In this document: positions 26,258 through 36,355 of the stretch, piece by piece
Layout: the number at the start of each line of letters is the position of its first letter
Numbering within the stretch: the stretch's first letter is position 1
IMG/VR virus record: IMGVR_UViG_3300020577_001702
Span: 5,656-69,655 of that record
Length of the DNA: 64,000 nt
Strand: one strand, 5' to 3'
From: a virus
Lineage: Duplodnaviria; Caudoviricetes
Position numbers and translations under genes: made by a program
Notes under the pieces: generated by a model
Told to the model about the DNA's origin: nothing
The model's database searches: none
The model's input: the letters and a program-made list of their open reading frames with translations, nothing else

Positions 26258-26663
26258 GCTGCTTCTACAACGCGACGAGTTCGGCGCGGATTACACCCTC
26301 GGGAAGCTCTTCGCCGACGGCCGGTACTTCGGCGAAATCTGCGAGGACAAGGACCGCTACCTGGAGAACGGCGGGCAGAAGGTCTACGGCGAGACCGCCA
26401 TCCCGCGTGGACGCTACCGGGTCGTGCTTAGCTTTAGCCAGCGCTTCGGTCGCGTCATGCCGGAGGTGCTGGGTGTGCCCCAGTTCAAAGGTATCCGCTT
26501 CCACGGCGGCAACAGCCCGCAGGACACCGAGGGTTGTTTGCTGCTGGGCCGCAACCGCAAGGCAGGCGGCGTGTTCGACTGCCACGAGCGCAACGAGACG
26601 CTGATCCTCCTGATTGAGAACGCCGAGGAGGACTGGCGCGAGTGCTGGCTGGAGGTGGTGTGA
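26244..26663 (+). CDS. Endolysin candidate (DUF5675 family)
   Basis: TLGKL, ETAIPRGRY, IRFHGGN...DTEGCLLLG. Confidence 0.8.
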   Translation: MKPLELLLQRDEFGADYTLGKLFADGRYFGEICEDKDRYLENGGQKVYGETAIPRGRYRVVLSFSQRFGRVMPEVLGVPQFKGIRFHGGNSPQDTEGCLLLGRNRKAGGVFDCHERNETLILLIENAEEDWRECWLEVV

Positions 26664-26959
26664 TGGAATCGCAAATCGTCTTGGGAGTGATGGTGCTGCT
26701 GGGTCTGCTGGTGCTCCTGCACTGGCAGCGGTGTCCCGATCAGTTCGACCTTCGCTGGATTCTTGTGGACACCGAGACGCAGAAGGTGAGCCTGTTCAAG
26801 GCAGGTCAGCTTGTCGCCCTGATCGTCAGCACCTACGCCTTCGTGATCCTGGTCCAGCGCGACAAGCTCACTGAGTGGTTCTTCGCTGGCTACATGCTGA
26901 CATGGGCTGGAGCGAATCTGGCAAACAAGTGGATCACTTCTACGAAAGGACAACCGTGA
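26663..26959 (+). CDS. Holin (3 TM segments)
   Basis: Three hydrophobic helices in 98 aa, next to the endolysin. Confidence 0.65.
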   Translation: MESQIVLGVMVLLGLLVLLHWQRCPDQFDLRWILVDTETQKVSLFKAGQLVALIVSTYAFVILVQRDKLTEWFFAGYMLTWAGANLANKWITSTKGQP

Positions 26960-26960
26960 C

Positions 26961-27494
26961 ATGCTCGACAAACTTCTCGGATTCATCGGCCTTCCCTCTC
27001 CCGCTGTTCTGGTGGGTGTCCTTCTGGCTCTGGGTGCCGTGGCAGGTTGGTCGTACAGCATGGGAGACAGCTCTGGTTTCAACCGAGCCGAAGCTGCCCG
27101 CGCCAAGGCTCAGGACGGGGCTTTTGACGTACTCCGTCAGGAGCTGGCGTCTACACGAGCAGAAGCCATGGCTGAGGCAAGAGCAAGAGCTGAGGCAACG
27201 GCTGAGGCTGACCGGCAGAAAACCAACGCTGCGTTTACTTTGAAGGAGCTGCGCAATGAGAAAAGTCGTCCTCGCCCTGATTGCGTGCCTGAGCCTTATC
27301 GGGTGCGCCTCAACACCGCAATCGACGCCGTTAACAAACCCCTCGCCGGTTCCCGTGATACCGGAATCCTGCCTATCAGCCTGCCAGCCGCTCCCGCTGC
27401 TCGGATCGGATTTGGGCCGGTGGATGGAGGACACAGTGGAGGTAGCGGGGGAGTGCCTGCGCCTGCACTCAACATGTCGACGAATACTCAGTAA
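26961..27494 (+). CDS. rz: Inner-membrane spanin
   Basis: N-terminal TM, coiled coil, Pro/Cys region. Confidence 0.7.
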   Translation: MLDKLLGFIGLPSPAVLVGVLLALGAVAGWSYSMGDSSGFNRAEAARAKAQDGAFDVLRQELASTRAEAMAEARARAEATAEADRQKTNAAFTLKELRNEKSRPRPDCVPEPYRVRLNTAIDAVNKPLAGSRDTGILPISLPAAPAARIGFGPVDGGHSGGSGGVPAPALNMSTNTQ

Positions 27495-27498
27495 GTGA
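27256..27498 (+). CDS. rz1: Outer-membrane lipoprotein spanin, overlapping rz in another frame
   Basis: SD AAGGAG; signal peptide with lipobox LSLIG-C; Pro-rich with Cys. Confidence 0.8.
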   Translation: MRKVVLALIACLSLIGCASTPQSTPLTNPSPVPVIPESCLSACQPLPLLGSDLGRWMEDTVEVAGECLRLHSTCRRILSK

Positions 27499-27614
27499 AC
27501 AAGCGTGTGCCCCAGCCGAAGGTGGGTGCTTGTGGGGCATACGTGCGGCCCCGAAACATCGGCAGACCGAGGCGTAGAAAGCTCCTTACGCCTCGGTCAC
27601 TTTAGGAGATCACC

Positions 27615-28793
27615 ATGAAGAAGATCAGCGCCGCCAGCGGCGTGCGCAACGACCTCTCCCCGGAGCGGTTCGCTGAGACAGACCTTACAGCCGGGACGAA
27701 CATCGAGCTGGACGAGACAGGCAAGACCTACCGCCGCCTCGGTGTCACCTCGGTGGCTCCTGGCAACATGCACAGTCTGTTCTCGGCTGGGCAGTTCAGC
27801 TACGTCGTCAAAGACGGCTGGCTCTGCCTCGTCGACGTGAACACCCCGTCGTTCACCCAGATCATCCAAGTGAAGGGTGAGCGCGTTGCCTACACCCCAG
27901 TCAACGACCGGGTGTTCTGGTCGGACGGTCTCCAGTCTGGCGAACTTCTCGGCGCGATGAACCGCCGCTGGGGTATCCAGCCGCCTCCGGCCGTCGTGGC
28001 GACGGAAGGCTACGGCAACCTGGAGTCCGGCACGTACGTCTACACCATGACTTACGTGCGCGCTGACGGCACTGAGAGCGGCCCTGCACCCTGGATGTCC
28101 ACGAGGCTGGGCACAGGCAAAGGGTTGTTGTTCACCGGCCTGCCGATCTCTACCGACATCACGGTGGTGGGTAAGCGGCTGTATGTCAGCCACTGCAACG
28201 GGGAGGTGCCTCTGCTAGCCGCCACTCTGGCGAACTCTGACACATCCTGCACCTACTCAGGGGCAGGGCTGCTGTCGATCCCGGTGCGCGGGAAAGCCTG
28301 CGGCGCGGCACCGGCTGGGCGGGTCGTCGGCCACTACAAGGGGCGTACTTTTGTCGCTGAAAACAACTACCTATGGTATAGTTTGCCGTACGAATACGGG
28401 CTGTTTGACTTGTTGCGCGGGTACCTCGGATTCTCTGCCCCAGTGACGACCTTCGCCGCAGTCTCTGATGGAGTCTACGTCGGTACTGAGAGCGAGATAG
28501 TCTTCCTGAGTGGTGACGATCCCGCCGCGTTCGAGCTGCGGCCGGTGGCGGACTACGGGTCGATTCTGGGCACCGAAGAGTACGTCCCGAACTACTACGT
28601 AACGAAGGAAGGGCTGCCTGAGATGGTACCGATGTGGATGTCAAAACACGGCGTCGTCGTCGGTCTACGTGGCGGCGAATTCAAGAATCTGACTGGTGGG
28701 CATTTCATCCTGCCGGAAGGTGTGTCCGCAGGCGCGAGCTTGCTCAAGGTACGCGGCGGCACGCCGCAACTCATCACTTCTCTCTTCGATTAA
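27615..28793 (+). CDS. Tail nozzle / tubular protein B-like
   Basis: Beta-propeller-like repeats, GRTFVA, GVYVGT, PMWMSKHG. Confidence 0.6.
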   Translation: MKKISAASGVRNDLSPERFAETDLTAGTNIELDETGKTYRRLGVTSVAPGNMHSLFSAGQFSYVVKDGWLCLVDVNTPSFTQIIQVKGERVAYTPVNDRVFWSDGLQSGELLGAMNRRWGIQPPPAVVATEGYGNLESGTYVYTMTYVRADGTESGPAPWMSTRLGTGKGLLFTGLPISTDITVVGKRLYVSHCNGEVPLLAATLANSDTSCTYSGAGLLSIPVRGKACGAAPAGRVVGHYKGRTFVAENNYLWYSLPYEYGLFDLLRGYLGFSAPVTTFAAVSDGVYVGTESEIVFLSGDDPAAFELRPVADYGSILGTEEYVPNYYVTKEGLPEMVPMWMSKHGVVVGLRGGEFKNLTGGHFILPEGVSAGASLLKVRGGTPQLITSLFD

Positions 28794-28805
28794 GGAGAAA
28801 ACACT

Positions 28806-29282
28806 ATGGCTACTCGTTTGTCCACCGGCCTCGTCAACGCCCTCATGGCGACTGGCAGCTTCAAATCCCTCTTCGAGAACTCCGGCGCTGGTGCCAACGC
28901 TGGCTTCCTCATCGACGTGTACACCGGCACCCAGCCGGCTGCTGCCGATGACGCAGCCTCCGGCACCCTGCTCGTCACCATCAGCGCGGGCGGTGCCGGT
29001 ACCGGCTGCACCTTCGAGGCCAGCGCCGGCTCGCCGAATGCCGGTGAGTTGGAGAAGAACGGCTCCGAGTCCTGGAGTGGTACGGCTGGTAACAGCGGTA
29101 CGGCTGGCTGGTTCCGCCTGCGGCGCAAGGCTGATGCCGGCACTGCATCCAGCACCAGCGAGATGCGGATGGACGGCGCGATCTCCACCAGCGGCGCTCA
29201 GATGAACCTGGGCAACCTGACGGTGACGGCCGGTGCCCCGTTTGTCCTGTCCGCTGCCGCGTTCACCCTGCCGAAGGCGTAA
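28806..29282 (+). CDS. Virion structural protein (158 aa)
   Basis: SD AAGGAG; IDVYTGTQPAAADDAASGTLL...GTAGWFRL pattern. Confidence 0.75.
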   Translation: MATRLSTGLVNALMATGSFKSLFENSGAGANAGFLIDVYTGTQPAAADDAASGTLLVTISAGGAGTGCTFEASAGSPNAGELEKNGSESWSGTAGNSGTAGWFRLRRKADAGTASSTSEMRMDGAISTSGAQMNLGNLTVTAGAPFVLSAAAFTLPKA

Positions 29283-29285
29283 GCC

Positions 29286-29696
29286 ATGACTCTCGTCGTC
29301 CCTAACGCGAGCGAGGTGTCCCTGGTCGAGTTCATGCTCGGCAAGAGCACACCCAACAACCAGGAGCTGCGGCTCTTCGTCAACAACAAGACGCCGGGTG
29401 ACACGGACGTAGCCGCTGACTACACCCAGATGTCCACGCAGGGCTATGCGGCCAAGACCCTCACGAAGGGGAGTTGGACCGTAGCCTCATCGTCGAACGT
29501 CGGCACCGCCACGTACGCCGCGCAGACGTGGAACTTCAACGGTTCTGGCGGCGCGACGACGGTGTACGGCTACTACGTGGTCGACTCGGTGTCCGGGCTG
29601 CTGCTCTGGGCTGAGGCGTTCAACAGCCCGAAGCTGGTGCAGTACTCCGGTGACCAGATCACCGTCACCCCGACGTTCACCGGCTCGAAGGCGTAA
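29286..29696 (+). CDS. Virion structural protein (136 aa)
   Basis: LRLFVNN.TP, TVYGYYVV, WAEAF pattern. Confidence 0.75.
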   Translation: MTLVVPNASEVSLVEFMLGKSTPNNQELRLFVNNKTPGDTDVAADYTQMSTQGYAAKTLTKGSWTVASSSNVGTATYAAQTWNFNGSGGATTVYGYYVVDSVSGLLLWAEAFNSPKLVQYSGDQITVTPTFTGSKA

Positions 29697-29699
29697 ACC

Positions 29700-30482
29700 A
29701 TGGCAGCGTTGACATTCACCACGGGTGCGAAGAACTACCTGCTCGACGGCCTTACCGGCAAGGGCACCAACCTGTACTGCGCGCTGACGCAGTTGCGTCT
29801 GTTCAACGCTGCCAACGCCGCCTTGTGCGCGAACCTCGCCGTGACCTGGGGCACTCCAGTGCAAGGGACTGCCTCGCTGATCACCAACAGCGTGACGCCG
29901 ACCGCGACCGATACGTGCACGAAGATGGAATGGTGGAACGCAGCGAACGCGTCGCAGGCAGCGCTCGGCGCTGCTTCCGTGTCTGGTGGTGGCGGGAACA
30001 TCATCCTGGGTACCACCAGCTTCGTCACCAGCACGCCGGTCTCCATCGCCGCGACGCTCCGCGTACCGCTGAACAACGGCGGCACCATGCGCCTGAACCA
30101 AGCGCTGGCAAACCAGCTCGCTATCGCCATGACGACTGCCACAGGCGCTCCGTCGATGGCGAACGGCGGCACGATGTACTTCTACGACGGCACCCAGCCG
30201 GCGACGGCCGACACGGCGCTCTCTGGTAACAACCAGCTCGGCACGTTGACGCTCGCCCTAGCTGACTACGCAGCCGCCGCTGCCGGCTCTGCTGCGCTGG
30301 CTGCCAGCAAGTCCGTCACGCCGAGCGCCACTGGCACTGTGTCGTGGTGTCGATGGGTGAAGGGCAGCTACATCCTCGATCTATCGGTGGGTACGGTGGG
30401 CACCGACATCATCGTGGACAACACCGCGTGGGTCAGTGGTACCCCGCGCAGCATGACTGGCGCTACCTTGGTGATGCCGTAA
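29700..30482 (+). CDS. Virion structural protein (260 aa); C-terminal half resembles 28806-29282
   Basis: YFYDGTQPATAD...GTVSWCRW. Confidence 0.7.
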   Translation: MAALTFTTGAKNYLLDGLTGKGTNLYCALTQLRLFNAANAALCANLAVTWGTPVQGTASLITNSVTPTATDTCTKMEWWNAANASQAALGAASVSGGGGNIILGTTSFVTSTPVSIAATLRVPLNNGGTMRLNQALANQLAIAMTTATGAPSMANGGTMYFYDGTQPATADTALSGNNQLGTLTLALADYAAAAAGSAALAASKSVTPSATGTVSWCRWVKGSYILDLSVGTVGTDIIVDNTAWVSGTPRSMTGATLVMP

Positions 30483-31982
30483 ATGTCGAACATCCCCACC
30501 TTCGACACCGGCGAGTACACCGTCGAGTCGACGGGCGTAGGGACCACACCCAAGTTTGACACCGGCACCTACAGCCGGATCACGACCGGCCTAAACGTAC
30601 TACCCGGCGTCGACACTGGAGACGTGAACATCACGTTCTCCATGTCGATGAGCGGCGGCATGCTCTTCGCTGGTTCAGCTCCGCGCTCGTTCTTCCTGAA
30701 CGGCACGGCCGTCAACGATCCGTTCACGTTCTCCACGGCGATGAGCGGTGGTGTGGTCTTCGCCGGCTCTGCTCCGGTATCGAGCCTCAGCGTGCTGCAC
30801 GACGAGGTGGTGGCGCACGGCGGCGTGCTGCTCGGCGGCTCTGCCCCGGTGACGTTCGACTGGGTACAGATGACGCCCTCGGGCGGTCTGCTCCTCAGCG
30901 GTGCTGCCACCGTCACGTTCACCCCGGCGAACACCGTCAGCGCCACACTGCCTGCCGTCAGTGCTCTGCTGGCGGTGAACAACATCTCGGCGGACTTGCC
31001 GGTGTTCACGATGACCAGCACCGCCGTCCAGGCGAACGGTGCTCCCGTCGACGCCACCCTGCCGACGCTCAGCGCCAGCATCACCGGCAGCCCCGCAGTA
31101 GCCGGCACCATCGACGCCCAGTTCCAGCCGATCACGGTTGAGCTGGCGGGCGGCATGACGTACCTGTCGGCGACGCTACCGGTGATGGGTGTGGCGCTGA
31201 CCGGCAAGGCTGGTATCGGCGGCACCCTGAGCGCCACGCTGTCGGCACCAGCCCAGACCATCACCGCCAGCGTGGCGATGTTCGGCACCCTCACGCCGAG
31301 CCTGCCTGCGCTCAGCGCGGCGTCCACGGCGCTCTCCGGTCTGCTTGGTTCCGTCAGCGCGAGCCTGCCCGCAGCCGGTGTGGCAGCTACCGCACTGACT
31401 GGCACCAAGGGCAGCGTCAGCGCTGCACTGCCCACCCTGTACGCGGACGCAGGCGCGGCTACGGCGGTCTACGCGACGCTGGCGGTGACGCTGCCGAGCA
31501 CCAGGGCAGAGCTGCTGCGTCAGTACGTGCGCAGCCAGCTTCTGGTCCACGTGATGAACACTGTCACCAGCGCCGTCACGACATTCGACACGTACCCCTA
31601 CAACAGCTTCGCCAAGATCGGTGAGAAGTACTACGCCGCAGGCCCTGACGGATTGGTGCAGATCGACACGCCTATTGCCGAGCTGCCCTGGAAGATGACC
31701 ACGGGCTTGTTGTCGATGGGCACCGAGGCGCAGAAGCGCGCGAGCGACTTCTACATCGCCATGCGCTCTGCTGGCGAGGTCACGCTGCGCGTGAGCACGG
31801 ATGAGAACGAGCCGTACGAGTACACACTGAACCCGCGCGACATCGAGACCATGAAGCAGCGCCGCTGCCTGATCGGTAAAGGTCTGCGCGGTGTGTACTG
31901 GCAGTTCGAGCTGGAAGGCGCCAGCGACTTCGACTTCGACGCATACAACGTCGCCGTGGTGGCGACGGAGAGGAGATTGTAA
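30483..31982 (+). CDS. Virion structural protein with about 20-aa xSATLPx repeats
   Basis: 499-aa ORF, repeats VSATLPAVSA/LSATLP. Confidence 0.7.
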   Translation: MSNIPTFDTGEYTVESTGVGTTPKFDTGTYSRITTGLNVLPGVDTGDVNITFSMSMSGGMLFAGSAPRSFFLNGTAVNDPFTFSTAMSGGVVFAGSAPVSSLSVLHDEVVAHGGVLLGGSAPVTFDWVQMTPSGGLLLSGAATVTFTPANTVSATLPAVSALLAVNNISADLPVFTMTSTAVQANGAPVDATLPTLSASITGSPAVAGTIDAQFQPITVELAGGMTYLSATLPVMGVALTGKAGIGGTLSATLSAPAQTITASVAMFGTLTPSLPALSAASTALSGLLGSVSASLPAAGVAATALTGTKGSVSAALPTLYADAGAATAVYATLAVTLPSTRAELLRQYVRSQLLVHVMNTVTSAVTTFDTYPYNSFAKIGEKYYAAGPDGLVQIDTPIAELPWKMTTGLLSMGTEAQKRASDFYIAMRSAGEVTLRVSTDENEPYEYTLNPRDIETMKQRRCLIGKGLRGVYWQFELEGASDFDFDAYNVAVVATERRL

Positions 31983-33766
31983 TGGCTCTGGTAGACAGCA
32001 TCCACACTGACGCTCTGTCTCGCGCCGATTCCTACGCGAGCACCATGAACAGCCTCAGCGACATGTCCATGGTGCAGGCTTGGGAGCCGGTTAACTGGTT
32101 CGCTGAGTGGTCCGCTCCGGCTTACATAGACGGGCCGACGAGCTTCGCCTCGTTCTGGACCGGCTATGCCGCCCCAGCGACCGAGATTCACGCGACGCTG
32201 CCGAACGCGCCGACGATTTCCGAGATCACGGTGCCGAGCTTCGGCAACGCGCCGGAGTTCCTGATGGCCGAGCCGGTGATCAACATCCCGGACGCGCCCA
32301 GCGCAGCTCTGCCCTCAGCTCCTGGCAACGCGCCGGACTTCACTGCGCCGACGCTGCCGGCTACGCCCACAATCTCGCTGCCGGCCGTACCGAGCTTCAG
32401 CAACGTGGTCGTGCCGGACCTTCCGGCTGTGGAGTACCCGACGTTCACTTCCTCGCTGCCGGTGGAGGACATCGCCGCGCCCAGCGAAGTGTTCAGCTAT
32501 GCTGAGGAGCCGTACGAGTCGGCGCTGCTGGACGAGCTGAAGGCGAAGCTGATGAACGACCTCATCAACGGCGGCTACGGCCTGGACACCGGCGACGAGA
32601 GCCGGCTCTGGGAGCGTGCAGCCGAGCGTGAGCTGGTCAACACGGAGGTGGCGATCCAGGAAGCCACCCGACAGCATGCTGCACGCGGCTTCGCGCTGCC
32701 TCCTGGCGCACTGAACGCCTCCATCGAGCAGGCGCGCAACACTGCGCTGGAGAAGAACAGCTCGCTGTCCCGCGACATCATGGTGAAGAAGGCGGACCTC
32801 TACGCTGAGCACCGGAAGTTCACCATCGACCAAGTGCGCCAGGTCGAGCAGATGATGATCACCTACTTTGGCTACGCCGCCGAGCGGGCGCTGAACGCCG
32901 CGAAGAGTCTGGTGGAGCTGAGCATCGCCGTGTTCAACGCGCGGGTGGCGAAGTACAACGTGAAGCTGGAGACCTACAAGGCCGCTGCCCAGGTCTACAG
33001 CGAGCTGATCCGCGCCGCCACCCTGAAGCTCGAAGCCTACAAGGCTCAGGTGGAAGGTGCGAAGCTGACCATGGAAGCCCAGCGTATCCACGCCGAGGTC
33101 TACAAGACGCAGCTCGACGGCGTGCAGGCCCTGATCAACGTGTACGCCACCCAGGTGCAGGCGGCTCGCACCGTGGCCGACATCGAGAAGCTGAAGCTCG
33201 ACGCGTTCCGCTCGAAGGTGGATGCCTACGCCGCCCAGGTGGGCGCAAAGACGGCCGAGTTCGGTATGTTCGAGAGCCGCATCAAGGGCGAGACCGCGAA
33301 GCTGGGTGTCTACCAAGCCTCGGCGCAGACCTACGCCACGAAGGTTGAGGCGTACCGCACCAAGGCCCAGGCGGCTGAAGTCGTGACCCGCGCCCAGGTG
33401 TCGGCGAACCAAGTGCAGCTCGACAAATACCGCACCGACATCCAGCGGTACTCGACGGACATCCAGAAGGCTCAGGCGCTGCTCCAGGCTCAGGTGCAGA
33501 CCTTCGAGGCGAACGTCCGCAGCTACGCGGCGCACGGCGACATCGAGACCCGCAAGTCGCAGCAGACCATCGAGGCTGCGAAGGCGAACGCGGACGTGGC
33601 TGTCTCCTACGCGAACGTGATCATGTCGAACACGGTTCACGGTGCGCAAGTGCTAGCCACCAAAGCCTCGGCCGGCGCGAACACGCTGGCTTCTCTCACC
33701 CACGCGTACGGAACGGCTGCTGCTTCTGCACTGAGCGCCGCTACCGGCCTCGTCACTGCTAGCTAA
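31982..33766 (+). CDS. Internal virion protein (Pro-rich + long coiled coil)
   Basis: ARGFALPPGAL motif; extensive heptad region. Confidence 0.75.
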   Translation: MALVDSIHTDALSRADSYASTMNSLSDMSMVQAWEPVNWFAEWSAPAYIDGPTSFASFWTGYAAPATEIHATLPNAPTISEITVPSFGNAPEFLMAEPVINIPDAPSAALPSAPGNAPDFTAPTLPATPTISLPAVPSFSNVVVPDLPAVEYPTFTSSLPVEDIAAPSEVFSYAEEPYESALLDELKAKLMNDLINGGYGLDTGDESRLWERAAERELVNTEVAIQEATRQHAARGFALPPGALNASIEQARNTALEKNSSLSRDIMVKKADLYAEHRKFTIDQVRQVEQMMITYFGYAAERALNAAKSLVELSIAVFNARVAKYNVKLETYKAAAQVYSELIRAATLKLEAYKAQVEGAKLTMEAQRIHAEVYKTQLDGVQALINVYATQVQAARTVADIEKLKLDAFRSKVDAYAAQVGAKTAEFGMFESRIKGETAKLGVYQASAQTYATKVEAYRTKAQAAEVVTRAQVSANQVQLDKYRTDIQRYSTDIQKAQALLQAQVQTFEANVRSYAAHGDIETRKSQQTIEAAKANADVAVSYANVIMSNTVHGAQVLATKASAGANTLASLTHAYGTAAASALSAATGLVTAS

Positions 33767-33777
33767 CAGGTGCCTAT

Positions 33778-36342
33778 ATGAAAAGTCTACGACACGCTGC
33801 TGACAACATCCCGGTCCATATCGGTGCGGGTGAAGCCGTGCTGCCGGCTCAGACGGTGAAGACCCTCGGCGGCGCAGCCGGGATCGACCAGCTCATCCGG
33901 CACACCACCGGCAAGGCTCCGCGCACCATCAAGAAGGGCGGCAAGTACGCAGTGGGTGGACTTCCTGTTCGTCAGGTACCTGACGAGATCGACCTAGCCC
34001 GAGGGCGTATGGAGACAGCTAACGCGAACCTTGCTGATCAACGCACACGGTTCGCAGCGAAGGCTGACACCCTCGCAAGTGCAGCGCTTGATAGCTACAA
34101 AACCAACAGCGCTGACATGCAGGCGAAACTCGCTGAACCTCCCAGCCGGCCGGCCCCGCCTCGATACAACCCCGCTGGCCCCTCTGCGCTGGAGACACCC
34201 TACGGGCGTAACCCGGCTGCGTCCGCGCACATCCCGCCGAACGTCGCCACGCTGAACAACCCTGTCGGCGCAACGCCGGATCGCTTCGGCCCGCGCACGT
34301 TCACTCCGCAGCCTTTGCCTCCCGCGCAGACTGTCGGCAACAACGCCTCGGCGCTGATGCGCGCCCAGGAGCAGTTCCTGGCGCGCGGCGGCTCGACGGC
34401 TGACCTCGTACGGCCCGCCGCTCCTGCGGCTGCTGCACCCACTCCTGCACCTACCGCCGCCCCGGCGCTTCAGCCTCTGGCTGCGAACGGCCCTGTCGCG
34501 CCTGAGCCTACGGCTCCGAAGCTGGGTTGGGCCGAACGTGCGAAGAACGCAGCCGGCACCCTGGTGGATAAGGCGAAGGGTATGGTCGGCGCAGGACAGC
34601 CTGCCGCTCCGACGGTGGAAGCACCCAAGCTGTCCACCGCGCAGCGTGTGGCGGATGTGACCAACAAGGCGTACACCATGAAGGACATCCAGGCTGGTGT
34701 CGCGAACGCTGTTGACGCCGTGAAGACTGGCACGGTCAACGCTGCGACGGGCGCTGGCAACAAACTGGGCAATCTCTTCATCGCCGCTCAGACCGGTAAG
34801 GTGCTACCCAACATCGCGCGTGCAGGCGGTTTAGTGGCAGGCGCTGTCGATGTCAATCGTGCGGTTGACAATCCGACTGCCGGAAACATCGGTCAGGTCG
34901 GTGTGGATGCCGCAGCGATGCTGGGACCGCAAGCCATGTTGACGGGTGTGGCTGATATCGGCTCGCGCGCTACGACTACTGGTATCGGGGCAAAACCCAT
35001 GGGTCTCGGACAAGTGGCTGGTGACGCGTTCACTCCGGACGGCAGCATCGCCACCACGAAGGCTGTGCGGAACCTCAACGACACCGGCTTCAACCTGTGG
35101 AACAAGGTTGTAGACGCGATGACAGACACCCCGTACGCCAACTGGGGTAAGAACAAGCCGGCTACTGCGACTACGGTCGCCACGCCTGCTCCGGCAGCCG
35201 TAGGTGTCGGTACTGCGACCACTCCTGCCGCCGCTACTCCTGCTGCCGCCACGCCGGCTACCCCTGCGACGCCAGCTCTCGACCCTGCGGCGATGCTGAA
35301 CAACGCCAAGTATGAAATCCCCAGCGGCACCGGGGCGTTCCAGCGCAGCGGCGGACAACCGATGCTGGTTGACTCCCGCCCGTCACTGAAGTCTGCTGCC
35401 GCCACGCCGGCTACGGACTACCAGCACCGTAAAGTGACTATCCTGCCTGACGGTACTGTGTTGCAGCCGAAAGACGCGGCTAAGCTGGCTGCCAGGGCGA
35501 ATATGTCGCAGGGTGACGCCGCACCGGCTGCTACCGCCAGTTCGAACGAGCCGGATAACGTCAAGCTGATGCGCTCTATCACCGAGCAGATGCGTGGTGC
35601 GAAGACGCTTGACGACCTCCGCGCTGCGCAGACTCTGGCTCGCGCCATCCCGCAGCTCGACTCGACGAACGCCTCTCGGTACTCAGCCGACCAGCACTTG
35701 AATGCCGCGAAGATGCAGAACGAGCTGGCCCAGCAGAAGTTCAAGATCGAGCGCGACGACAAAATGCACGAGGACTTGGACAAAACCACTCAGGTCTACA
35801 CGACTGAGAAAAAGAACAAGGATGGCTCCGTCGAGCAGGTGCCGGATGCTGCGAAGAACAAGCGCTTCCAGCAGTTCCTGGCGTCCTCGCTGGGTGAGGG
35901 CTACACGAAGTTTGGGCTTGCCGGCCGTGCTGCGCAGCAAGGTGCCATCGAGCACGCACGCCGTCTGTTCGACGCCAGCGAAGCCGGTAACGAGTACGCT
36001 CGCACGACTGGTACGACGGGCCTGACCTCCAACGACATCAGTGGTGTCGAGATGAACGGTTCTGCGGCGAGTCTTGCTGACCGCGCTATTGGGCCGGGTT
36101 CCGCAACCTGGGCCGATGCAGCACTATCTAGCCTGCCCAACGTAGGCTCACGTAACCGTGAACTCGTCGGTCTGCACCGTGGCGTGGACAAGAACGGCAA
36201 CCCCATCGTGCAGCACGTGCCGGCTTACATCCTGATGGAGGCAGCCGGTGGCGGCGCTCAGAACGCCGACGCCGTGAACGCACTGAAGGCGTCGCAGCAG
36301 TACATGAAGAACCTCCGCGAGCAACTGGCTGCACAGAAATAA
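33778..36342 (+). CDS. Internal virion / ejection protein (854 aa, Ala/Pro-rich)
   Basis: DNIPVHIGAGEAVLP N-terminal motif; position before the giant gene. Confidence 0.7.
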   Translation: MKSLRHAADNIPVHIGAGEAVLPAQTVKTLGGAAGIDQLIRHTTGKAPRTIKKGGKYAVGGLPVRQVPDEIDLARGRMETANANLADQRTRFAAKADTLASAALDSYKTNSADMQAKLAEPPSRPAPPRYNPAGPSALETPYGRNPAASAHIPPNVATLNNPVGATPDRFGPRTFTPQPLPPAQTVGNNASALMRAQEQFLARGGSTADLVRPAAPAAAAPTPAPTAAPALQPLAANGPVAPEPTAPKLGWAERAKNAAGTLVDKAKGMVGAGQPAAPTVEAPKLSTAQRVADVTNKAYTMKDIQAGVANAVDAVKTGTVNAATGAGNKLGNLFIAAQTGKVLPNIARAGGLVAGAVDVNRAVDNPTAGNIGQVGVDAAAMLGPQAMLTGVADIGSRATTTGIGAKPMGLGQVAGDAFTPDGSIATTKAVRNLNDTGFNLWNKVVDAMTDTPYANWGKNKPATATTVATPAPAAVGVGTATTPAAATPAAATPATPATPALDPAAMLNNAKYEIPSGTGAFQRSGGQPMLVDSRPSLKSAAATPATDYQHRKVTILPDGTVLQPKDAAKLAARANMSQGDAAPAATASSNEPDNVKLMRSITEQMRGAKTLDDLRAAQTLARAIPQLDSTNASRYSADQHLNAAKMQNELAQQKFKIERDDKMHEDLDKTTQVYTTEKKNKDGSVEQVPDAAKNKRFQQFLASSLGEGYTKFGLAGRAAQQGAIEHARRLFDASEAGNEYARTTGTTGLTSNDISGVEMNGSAASLADRAIGPGSATWADAALSSLPNVGSRNRELVGLHRGVDKNGNPIVQHVPAYILMEAAGGGAQNADAVNALKASQQYMKNLREQLAAQK

Positions 36343-36355
36343 GGAGCAATAGGTA

